Notes under the pieces: generated by a model
The model's database searches: none
What the model saw: only the letters and a program-made list of their open reading frames with translations
What the model was told of the DNA's origin: nothing
Shown here: positions 50,323 to 60,491 of the stretch, in pieces
Layout of the letters: each line of letters starts with the position of its first letter
Position numbering within the stretch: position 1 is the stretch's first letter
Source of the DNA: Octopus bimaculoides
Taxonomy: Eukaryota
NCBI RefSeq assembly: GCF_001194135.2
Contig: NC_068984.1
Location: 75,390,370-75,450,860, forward strand
Direction: 5' to 3'
DNA length: 60,491 bases
Program-made: the position numbers and the translations under genes

Positions 50323-51287
50323 GAAAAAATATCATATTAACTAAATTGTCATACTGCGGAGAATCGAAACTGGGTCGATTGTGCTACAAGACGTAATTTT
50401 GAAAAAATATAAAACAATTCTTCTATGCTCGGATCACAGAGCACCGGATATGCGAACAAATGTTTGATATATATCGTATTACACAAACGTATTCAATATG
50501 TAAACGTTATTTATTTGGATTTCCTCTCGAAAGATTTATTTATTTTCATTTCTCCTCTAACTCTTTGTAAAATGGCGAATGTCAGTCTTTTGATGATTTC
50601 TTTCAATGCTATTAAAATATAATCCGTGCAGATCCCTTGTTGAGCTCTTGTGGTGTCCTTATGGCTGATCTGGTAGTTGTTATTTCAGTCTATATTTCTC
50701 ACATTATTTCCATCCACGAGTACCAATTGTTATTCGAAACCATATCTCTTAGTAACGTACAATTATATAAGGATGTTTGTAAATCTGGTTCGAGATTTTC
50801 TCTCTATTTTTTTTCATTTGTACAGGAACAAACTTAATTATTATCAACACCTGGTTTGTGAGTTCAAAGCCACAGCAGGTATATTTTCATGTTTGTTGTC
50901 AGGATATTTTATTCGTTATTCTATATGGCCTCAAACTATTTACCTCTCTTGTCTGTCTGTTTGTCACAGTGCTTCTTCCTCTTCCCCTCTTTCTCACTCC
51001 TTCTCTCTCTCCCCCCTCTCTCTCTATTTATCTACCAGTGGGTGTGTGTGTGTGTGTGTGTATCTACGTCGGTTTGTCTTTTCGCTTTTATTCTGTCTCT
51101 CTCTATTCCTATTTCTGTCGATTTGTTTGTTTTACTCTCACTGCGTCTATCTTTATACTCTCTTCCTCCTCACTCTCTTTATTCTCCTTTGCTTGTCTCT
51201 CACTGTTCCTCAGTATTCTTTTGTGTATCTTTTTCAATATATCTAACTATTTATCTGTCTATCAATCTGCCAACCTATGTTCGCATA

Positions 51288-51289
<2 letters not shown>

Positions 51290-51368
<79 letters not shown>
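51290..51368. repeat. Long perfect (AT)n
   Basis: Direct reading. Confidence 0.97.
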
Positions 51369-51372
<4 letters not shown>

Positions 51373-51859
51373 TGGCTCTCCGTCTCTTTTCATGTATTTT
51401 CTCATACCTATATCTATCTATCCGGCTGCTTGCCTCCGCTTCCCTCTCTAACTTTTTCATTCTTCTTTCTTCCACGGCGCCTTCCCTCTCGTTCTGTCCC
51501 TCTTCCTCTTTCCTTCTCTTCTATATATAATCGTGTCTATAATTGAAGTAATCTCTTTATAAGAATGTCTTAAGTATGGTTCACTGGAAAGATCTCCCAT
51601 TGCTTCATGCCATTTTTTGAATGATGGAGATCCAAAATTGTGTCATGTACTCACATTGTATTTCAAGAGACAAAACGGAACCTTAGCGTGAACATTCAAC
51701 ACCTATTTTGAATTAGCATGCTGCCATCTGAAAAGGATCCGGTGACCTGAATAGCGAGGTCCCACTGTAAATTGTTTGACAAGAAAAAGACATGAACACA
51801 ATATGAACGGAATGTCTTGGAACTCTATTACAGTATACATTACATAATAAGAGAGGAGC

Positions 51860-52050
51860 TCTACATAGTCGTTTAATCTGCTAGAAATAGCAGCCAAATC
51901 TCCCCCAGATTACACCATGAAATCTTAATAAAGGACATATTCGATAGTGTTTTCCTATGTTACACTGAGCCTAAAATAAATTGGGCTGATCATGCCAATT
52001 TTGCCTTTGATTATAAATATGGTCCATCGGATGTGGATCTAAACAACATC
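51860..52050 (+). mobile_element. 3' part of another retroposon family (D), ending ...ctaaacaac
   Basis: gctagaaatagcagccaaatctcc...gatctaaacaac. Related pieces are at about 2790-2875, 23480-23600, 24860-24940, 36510-36680 (minus) and 48185-48262. Confidence 0.55.
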
Positions 52051-52861
52051 GGCGATGATGACAACGATACTTTCACAGCCATTCTGTGGACAATGAAAGG
52101 AAGCGTATCCACATTACTGATTTGAGACAGAGATTGAATGTTAAACTATTCTAATGGAACTTGAATCAATGTCTTTCAGGATTACTCCGACGTCCGCATT
52201 ACATATTACATTAGACTGAGACTATGTGAGAGTTGGATGGAATGGCGTAAATAAATGTTAATCAAATGTTTTAATGAAATAAGGGTGGAGTAATCTCTGT
52301 ATGATGCAAACTCATGAGTCGTGATTTCATTCTTTGCACCCTGTTTCAGAGACTCTTTGAAGAATATTAATTTATTGGAAGCTTGCTATTACGGTTTCGT
52401 TCCTTTAAAGCGAGTAACACGAAGCTGTGTGGTTTGACATCGTAAGAAGAGTTAAAATATATTCGTCTTGTAATGCAAAATCGCTTCTACGACCATTTTT
52501 AGACCGCAAGAAAATTTATCTTAACATATTTAATGCATATAGAATTAAAAATCTAAATAATAAAGTGAGCAAAAACGATGTTAGTTAATGAATAATTTTT
52601 TTTTCCTTGCAATTTATGGGCATATTTTGTCCTTGTACTGACTTCGTCTACGAAACATAGCCTTCACTGTACTTACCAAATCAGGGATAAATTTTTTACT
52701 GTACATTACAGCTAGTGCTACAGATGAGCGTGTATAGCGTGGTAGCATGTACCACGCTTTCCCTGATTATTTTATGTATTTATGTACTCGTGAGCAGATA
52801 TGAATACTTTCGCAGTACTTTCACTCTTCAACTAACGAGGCATTCAGGATGGAGAGGGAGG

Positions 52862-52920
<59 letters not shown>

Positions 52921-53119
52921 TTGCACATGAACCCGGCTAGTACTCATTACAGCCGAATATATTAAAGCAACATGAAATAAAGTGTCTTAAGGACACAACG
53001 TGCCCAACACTGAGTATGACGTTTCTTTTTATATAACAAAGAGGGTCAATTGCATTGACTTCACTCTTCATTGAAATGCGTGGCCTTCAAATTGAGTTAG
53101 AAATAATGATTATTAATTA

Positions 53120-53490
53120 CATAACTGCTAGAGCACAGGGCAAAATATCTTGCGGTATTTGTGTTCGTTCCTTGGCTTCCGAGTTCAAATACCATCGAGG
53201 GCAAACCAGCCTTTTATTCTTAAACTACCACTTAAGCACTGGTGTCGATTTAATTGTCTAAACCGTCTCCCTCAAATTTTTAACTCTGTGTCCTGTATTA
53301 TGAATGATTATGAAGTGCAATGCTTTGACAGAATCGGTAGATCGCCGGTGAAAATACTTTGCGGTATTTGTTCCAGCTCTGTAGGGTCCAAGTTCAAATC
53401 TCGCCAAATTATCTGTTGCTTTCCGTCCTGCTAAGGTCTATAAAATAAAGGACCGGTTAATTACTGGTGTCACTTTAGTCAGTTTAATCA
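53120..53490 (+). mobile_element. Two tandem degenerate SINE family A copies
   Basis: Two successive cttgcggtatttg...agttcaaat...ttt...cc...taaa...acc...actggtgtc blocks. Confidence 0.7.
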
Positions 53491-53662
53491 ACAAACTTCT
53501 TGCTTTACATCATGACATTGTTTCTATGCAAGAAACGATCATTCATATTACCACTACTGTGTCACCGAAGTTTGATTCACTTCTGTCTCCGACCACAGAG
53601 TTATATATTTTAATCTGTAACATCTTCTAATTCATTCCGGGGAAACATAAGATGTATAATTA

Positions 53663-53723
53663 GCAACAGCATCTTTCTTCTTCTTCTTCTTCTTCTTCTT
53701 CTTCTTCTTCTTCTTCTTCTTCT
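53663..53723. repeat. (CTT)n microsatellite
   Basis: Direct reading. Confidence 0.95.
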
Positions 53724-54809
53724 CTGACAGAGCATGTAGTAGTAGACATAGTAACTGAGACGTGACAACCGTCACAGTCAGCCATATTGTTAACTTTCTT
53801 AGATTTTTATTTTGATTTCATAATTTTCTAGAATCATAGCATATATTTTACTTCTTTTTGATACATTCATAAAATCTGATTTAATTTAAATATTTTAAAT
53901 TAATATTTGTATATTTATTTTATATCATTATGTATTTCATTAATGTATGTGTGTATATATATATATATCAAATTTTCATTTTTGCTTCTAAATTTTACTG
54001 TTGCATATCTAATATAGGTATCTGAAAATTTCATTACTGTGAAGAATAAAAAAAAATATCAGACATTTTAGACGGAATTTTCTTTGATAGAGTGGTCAGT
54101 AGAAATCAAAATGTAGTGAATGGATTAGAATTACAGCCAGAAATAGACAAAGAGGCAATCGGAGTACATGTGAGATGTTATATATCTAATGTAAAGACTA
54201 TTTGTTTAGCCCCAGGAATGTCTTTGGTCTTAACTATAGCTGAACTTAATTATAACTAAAAAGCGACTATGGTTTCATACAAATGCAAAATGTTTCAACT
54301 TTATAAGAGGAATAGAGGAACACAAAGCAGCAGCAGCAGCACAAAGGAAATCAGGAGCAACGGCAGAATGCAGCTACAATAAGCATAGCAACTGCAACAC
54401 CAATTCCAGCAGCCACTAAAGCAACAACAACAAAAATAACAGATTTTAAGAGCTGAAGATAGAAACTATCCTATTTGGTAGCCCTCATTCAACATTTTCA
54501 AGTTTCACTTGAAAAGTGAGATGACAGAAAAGAAAGTGCTACCTCCCAGCAATTTTGTTCAAAGGTGGGTTGGTGTGACAAGAATGACTCGAGTGAACGT
54601 GCCAACTCAGAGCATGCGCTTGTAAAGTGAAAGTGAATAATGTGGAGAGAGCACTTGTCCTAGTCGTCAGGGCGACCATGGTTTTGTGGTTTTCACGAGC
54701 AACCTTAGGAAGTCTCCCTCTGTGGAGAATTATTCATCGTTAGAATTTATTTTATCACCACTTTTCTAACTTTTACAACCCCACATTGAATTGTTCAATT
54801 TTTAAAGAC

Positions 54810-55152
54810 AGTGAGCCGGCAGAAATGTTGGTGCGTCGAACGAAACGCTTAGCTGTATCTCTTCCGGTACTTTACAGTGGTGCTCCAGCATGACCGCAGC
54901 CGCATGGCTGAAACGAGTAAGAGAGTAAAAGAGTTCTGAGTTTAAATCACACCAGGTTCAAATCCTACTTTACATCCATTTGGAATAATTTAAATAAGTA
55001 CCAGTCAAGTACTGCTATTGATACAACCGACTTGTCTGCCTACACTCAACGTGCTGGCAAAAACGTTAGCTTATCAGACAAATGTTTAGTGGCATTTCGT
55101 TCGGGGTCGATTAAATAAGTACCAACTGAGCCCTGGGAACAATGTAATCGGC
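54810..55152 (+). mobile_element. SINE family A carrying an inserted SINE-E 3' tail (about 54868-54934), followed by an internally deleted SINE-A
   Basis: The SINE-A string tttac|gttctgag is split by gtggtgctccagcatgaccgcagc...gaaacgagtaag...aaaaga. The second copy joins catttcgt directly to tcggggtcgat. Confidence 0.7.
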
Positions 55153-55159
55153 TAAACCC

Positions 55160-55361
55160 GTTCCCCGAGAGATTCAGCGTGACACAGTGTAACAAGGTAC
55201 AACTCTTTGATATACAGGTACAACTCAATTTTGCCAGGTGAGTAGACTGGTTCAACATGAAATAAAGCGTCTTGCCCAAGGACAAAACACACCGAAAGGA
55301 ATCGGACCCACGACCTGACGATCGTGAGCCGAACACCCCTAACCGTTAAGTCACACGCTTT
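55160..55361 (-). mobile_element. Hybrid SINE: family-B head and CORE-like part with family-C body
   Basis: Minus strand head gcgtgtgacttaacggttag...ccttgggcaagacgctttatttcat...cagtctactcacctggcaaaattgagt is like 2449-2595, then ttgtacctgta..tcaaag...ccttgttacactgtgtcacgctgaatctc is like 59216-59275. Confidence 0.75.
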
Positions 55362-55849
55362 CAACAACATAAAATATATATATTAATACTAACTTAGCTC
55401 ATAGAAAGCAGCCAACACAAAAGTGCTCACATGTCATGGCGACATTTCAAAAGTTTCACATTGAAAGAAATACATCAGTGTCCTGAATACATTTGAAAGA
55501 TTCTGTTATAATACAACTAGGAAGGTTATATAACAAAGAACATTCGCTTTAGATTATTCGTTTCACTCCAGTCATTACAATTTCCCAATGAGATTTTCGC
55601 ATATAATAGTCAAGGGATTCGTTTTCAAAGTAGTTGAGATTCTTTTGTCTTGTCGTCACTGTCGTCGTCGCTGTCGTCGTTGTTGTTTAGTAGGGCCTTT
55701 ATTTATTTTTTTTTCCTGCTTAAGAAATAAGTTAAGACTAAATATAAACAATGTATCGAATGCAATATTTCTATTACTGGAATATGTAAATAAATAAAGT
55801 CTAGTGTGGAAAAAAATGGAGGAAAGCAAGCGAGTAAAAAGGAAAAGAA

Positions 55850-56029
55850 GATAGATAGATAGATAAATAGATAGATCGACGGGCGGACAGACAGATAGGC
55901 AGATAGACAGAAAGATAGATAGACAGATAGATAGATAATTAGATAGACAGGTAGATATATAGATAGATAGAGAGAGGGGGGGGGAGAACAGATAGATAGA
56001 TAGATAGATAGGTAGATAGACAGATAGAC

Positions 56030-56090
<61 letters not shown>
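55850..56090. repeat. (AGAT)n/(AGAC)n-rich tract
   Basis: Direct reading. Confidence 0.93.
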
Positions 56091-56091
<1 letters not shown>

Positions 56092-56839
56092 AAGGCAGAG
56101 AGAAAGCAGGAAGGGATGAAAGGAATAAAGACGGAAAGGAAAAAAACAAAGATATCAAGGAGAACAGAGAGACTGCAAAATAGAAATATAAAAATAAAAC
56201 GAGAGAGAGGGGGGGACTGAAAGAAAGAAAGAAAGAAAGTGAATTTGGTTTACTAGTAAAACAAGTCTGGTGAGATCAAATATAAAAAACGTGAAGAGAA
56301 ATTAATTCTAAATATAAGATAGAAAGAAACTGAAGGGTGCCACTGAGTACAATGTCAAGGCCACAAAAGGCGAATCGGCGTTGCCTTGACTTAAACGTGT
56401 TTAAATGCGTGTTCTATCCAAGATATGTTTTAAGGTGTGTTTGTTGAAGAGGTCATTGAGTTCATTTCCCGAACGTTTCGAGCTTTTGTCGTCCATCAGT
56501 TAATTCAAGAAGAAAGGAGATAGAGTTATGGGGTTATTTTGACTGTGGGAAAGTAAAACCATGAGAGAACTACAATGATTGGGTGGAGGATAGGAAACAC
56601 GGAGGGTGAGTAAGATTCAAACAATCTAAGAGACAACAGCGTTTTGTCGACAATTTTCCTCGCTGTCAGACGAAGGCAAAATACTGAAAGGTTAAATTAT
56701 ACACTTCTCATTGGTATAAGATTGACATAACCACCGGAATGTACATAGAGATCTTTTATCCTTTAATTGCTTCAGTCTTTAGACTTCAGCCATGGTGGGA
56801 CATCACCATGGCGCCCGCGTACACACACACATATATGTA

Positions 56840-57480
56840 CGAGGGTAAGTAAAATATTACCCGCACTTTCGCCATAACATATCTTTAATTATTATCACAC
56901 TGCCCACTGCGAATGCGTGCTTATAGATGGTACTATTGTAGTCACGTGATCGAAGTTTGAGGCTGATCGCGCTATTTTTCTTTCTGGCTTTACAGTGTGA
57001 GCATGGCCGCTCCACTAGCAATGTGAACCAAAGAACAAAGAGCAGGGATCTGAGAGATGATAATGGGGAACTGGTTCACTATTACCATCTCGCGAGCTTG
57101 TTGAATGTTCTCCTCATTAGTGGGGGTTAACGGTCTTCCTGCTCTCTCTCTTCGTGCCTCACGCTTGTCCGGCCACTTTTAAACTTCACGATCCACTCAT
57201 ACCCACTTCTCCACCGTAGTGCACTGTGCTAAAAGCCGCCGATGAATTTCAGCATCTGACACCTTCGGAGAAGCGAAATCGGCTCACTGTTCTTTGTTCT
57301 TCTTTGTTGCACATTGCTAGTGTAGCGGCCATGCTTACACTGTAAAGCCAGAAAGAAAAATGGCGCGATCAGGCTCAAATTTCGACTACGTGACCACAAT
57401 GGCATGCATGCGTAGAAGGCAATGAGGCAATAATGGAGATATGTGATGGCGAAAGAGCGGATAAATTTTGACTTCCAGTC

Positions 57481-57481
<1 letters not shown>
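56840..57481. mobile_element. mariner-derived fold-back: two left ends in inverted orientation
   Basis: 56840-57045 and the reverse complement of 57286-57481 align over about 200 bp. Minus strand reads MAATLAMCNKEEQRTVSRF..SEGV...EIHRRLLAQ...YEWIVKFKSGRTSV...AGRP (mariner HTH). The left end starts TA-CGAGGG. Confidence 0.85.
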
Positions 57482-57522
<41 letters not shown>

Positions 57523-58574
57523 NNNNNNNNNNNNNNNNNNNNNNNNNNNNNNNNNNNNNNNNNNNNNNNNNNNNNNNNNNNNNNNNNNNNNNNNNNNNNN
57601 NNNNNNNNNNNNNNNNNNNNNNNNNNNNNNNNNNNNNNNNNNNNNNNNNNNNNNNNNNNNNNNNNNNNNNNNNNNNNNNNNNNNNNNNNNNNNNNNNNNN
57701 NNNNNNNNNNNNNNNNNNNNNNNNNNNNNNNNNNNNNNNNNNNNNNNNNNNNNNNNNNNNNNNNNNNNNNNNNNNNNNNNNNNNNNNNNNNNNNNNNNNN
57801 NNNNNNNNNNNNNNNNNNNNNNNNNNNNNNNNNNNNNNNNNNNNNNNNNNNNNNNNNNNNNNNNNNNNNNNNNNNNNNNNNNNNNNNNNNNNNNNNNNNN
57901 NNNNNNNNNNNNNNNNNNNNNNNNNNNNNNNNNNNNNNNNNNNNNNNNNNNNNNNNNNNNNNNNNNNNNNNNNNNNNNNNNNNNNNNNNNNNNNNNNNNN
58001 NNNNNNNNNNNNNNNNNNNNNNNNNNNNNNNNNNNNNNNNNNNNNNNNNNNNNNNNNNNNNNNNNNNNNNNNNNNNNNNNNNNNNNNNNNNNNNNNNNNN
58101 NNNNNNNNNNNNNNNNNNNNNNNNNNNNNNNNNNNNNNNNNNNNNNNNNNNNNNNNNNNNNNNNNNNNNNNNNNNNNNNNNNNNNNNNNNNNNNNNNNNN
58201 NNNNNNNNNNNNNNNNNNNNNNNNNNNNNNNNNNNNNNNNNNNNNNNNNNNNNNNNNNNNNNNNNNNNNNNNNNNNNNNNNNNNNNNNNNNNNNNNNNNN
58301 NNNNNNNNNNNNNNNNNNNNNNNNNNNNNNNNNNNNNNNNNNNNNNNNNNNNNNNNNNNNNNNNNNNNNNNNNNNNNNNNNNNNNNNNNNNNNNNNNNNN
58401 NNNNNNNNNNNNNNTTCAGTGAGTGAAATATTGTTATTAAGGTGGCGAGTTGACAAAATCTTTAGCATAGTATCATAAGGATATCAAAAGGTTTTTTTTT
58501 TTTTTTTTTTTTAATCTTTGTAACGCACTGACGATTAAACAGTTTCTGGTGCACTTTAGTGCTTTAAGAAGAAC

Positions 58575-58710
58575 GCTTCGCAACCAGGCGTTTTCGGATT
58601 CAGTGCCACTGGTCAGCACCTTGGGCAAGTATCTTCTATTGTAGCTCCGGATCAAACAATGCCTTGCGAGTGAATTTGGGAGACAGAAACTGAGTGGAAG
58701 CTCGTTGTGT
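58575..58710 (+). mobile_element. SINE family E 5' half
   Basis: ggattcagtgccactggtcagcaccttgggcaagtatcttctattgtagc...gagtgaatttgggagacagaaactgagtggaagctcg. Confidence 0.75.
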
Positions 58711-58711
58711 A

Positions 58712-59478
58712 TTCTTTTATTTGTTTCTGTCGTGAGACTGAGACCATACTGGAGCACCGCCTTGAAAGGTTTTAGTCGAACAAATCGACCACAGAACTTT
58801 TTTAAGCCTAGTACTTATTCTATCAGTCTCTTTTGCTGAACCGCTACGCTGCGGGGGATATACACGCACCAACACCGGTTGTCAAGCGGTAATGGGGACA
58901 AACACAGACGCAATAACACATATACATACGAGGGGCTTCTCTCAGTTTCTGTCAACCAAATCCGCTCACGAGGCTTTGGTCGGCCCGAGAAGCTATAGTA
59001 GAAAACACTAAGGTGTCACGCGGAGGTGCAATGGCCCAATGGTTAGGGCAGCGGACTCGCGGTAATAGGATCACAGTTTCGATTCTCAGACCGGGCGTTG
59101 TGAGTGTTTATTGAGCGAAAGCAGCTAAAGCTCCACGAGGCTCCGGCAGGGGATGGTGGCGAACCCTGCTGTACTCTTTCACCACAACTTTCTCTCACTC
59201 TTACTTCCTGTTTCAATTGTGCCTGTAATTCAAAGGGCCAGCCTTGTCACACTGTGTAACGCTGAATTTCCCAGAGAACTACGTTAAAGGTACACGTGTC
59301 TGTGGAGTGCTCAGCCACTTGCACGTTAATTTCACGAGCAGGATGTTCCGTTGATCGAATCATCTGGAACCCTCGACGTCGTAAGCGACAAAGTGCCAAC
59401 AACAAAGGTGCCACGCAGCGCGAGCGAAGCCGAAACCGTTTGGTTGGGAAGCAAGCTTCTTTCCACATAGCCAGGCCT
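58712..59478 (-). mobile_element. SINE family E, full length, interrupted by a SINE-C insertion
   Basis: Head at 59405-59478, remainder at 58712-59021; matches 19621-20033. Confidence 0.85.
59022..59404 (+). mobile_element. tRNA-derived SINE family C, full length, 12-bp target-site duplication
   Basis: Head ggaggtgcaatggcccaatggttaggg...gtttcgattctc and (AAC)n tail; flanked by aaggtgtcacgc (59010-59021) and aaggtgccacgc (59405-59416). Confidence 0.88.
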
Positions 59479-59489
59479 ACTTAAGTATA

Positions 59490-59662
59490 TATGTTTGCTT
59501 GCTTATGTTCCCGCAATTCAGTGGTTCGGTATAAGATTCCGATAGAATAATTACCACATATAAAAATATTTACTAGAGCTGGTTTGTTCTACTAAACCTT
59601 TCAAGGTGGTGCTCCAGCATGGCCGCAGTTCAATGTTTGAAACATGTAAAAAGATAAAAAGA
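59490..59662 (+). mobile_element. SINE family E 3' half
   Basis: gtggttcgg...cgatagaataa...ggtgctccagcatggccgcagttcaatgtttgaaacatgtaaaa. Confidence 0.8.
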
Positions 59663-60426
59663 TCACTGGTACATTTCGCATAGACTTAAAAACCATCTGT
59701 TTAAAGATTAATTCTTTGAAAACAAAAAAAGAAAATATTAGAAAACTGTTTCATTAATTATACATACGTATAAGAAAATCATGACTAGCACATCTTGTAA
59801 AGTATTCGAACATCCATGATATGGATCTTTCAGAATTTATGAACTATATTTTAAATAAACGTTATGTACTTAGATACACTTTGCAACGTTTAAAATTCAC
59901 TCGGTTAAACAAGCTACAGGCATCACACATCACAGGTTTAGACAGAAGGGAGAACTGGTATTACCATTTATTTGGATTTCTGGCTCGACATTTCAATAAC
60001 AATTCAAAGACTCTGTTAAAGTGTTCCTGCCTGGACAGCCCAAAATACTACCAGGATTATAAACAAAGGTGTTTGAGTATATATACCAGGTGTTGCTACT
60101 GCAAATATTACAAATCTTTGGTTTAGTAGATTAATTTATAGGTAATAGAGAATTTTCTGGTGCATTTTATTTTTATCTTGCTTCTTTTTCTCTCTCCCTT
60201 GGTGGCCATGTTTGGTATTTTGCTAATCGAAAATAGGAATCAGAGTGATGTACGTTCTTCTTTTCATTTCCGCCTCCGCTGGTTTCACGGAATCTATTAT
60301 TCTCTCGCACAATTGCATATATCTACTTGTTTGTGTGTTGTGTCTGTATGTATACATACAAGTGTGTGTGAATACATACATGAGTATGTATATGTGTGTG
60401 TATGTGTGTGTATGCATGTACATGTG

Positions 60427-60458
<32 letters not shown>

Positions 60459-60491
60459 ATACATACATGCCCATATATATATATATATATA

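Noticed and set aside
54320-54440. Gln/Ala/Thr-rich reading as a coding exon
   Set aside because: Degenerate (CAG/CAA)n low-complexity sequence with no splice support.

Overview
AT-rich animal genomic DNA with very dense microsatellites and ten N gaps (about 5.4 kb, about 9%). The repeat landscape points to an octopod cephalopod (Octopus-like); this is inferred from recognising repeat families, not from a search. I found no intact host protein-coding gene, tRNA or rRNA, so the window reads as intronic or intergenic. Most ORFs in the supplied track are microsatellite or N artefacts. The window holds decayed mobile elements: at least three Penelope-like (PLE) families, RTE-clade LINE fragments, two restriction-like-endonuclease (RLE) LINE subfamilies tied to (TACA)n, Tc1/mariner elements (DD41D, DD36E, two mariner 5' pieces including a fold-back), a pogo transposase fragment, a Tigger-like MITE and many tRNA-derived SINEs built from shuffled modules. 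The most striking structure is a PLE 3' end at 12.5-13.0 kb (minus strand) that runs GIY-YIG stop, tRNA-like Pol III promoter, (AAT)n, minimal hammerhead ribozyme motif. Its ORF-to-tRNA-like junction recurs at 33.7 kb. Two further well-formed minimal hammerhead motifs occur, and all three carry U instead of the near-invariant A at core position 6. Family labels A-E are my own working names.
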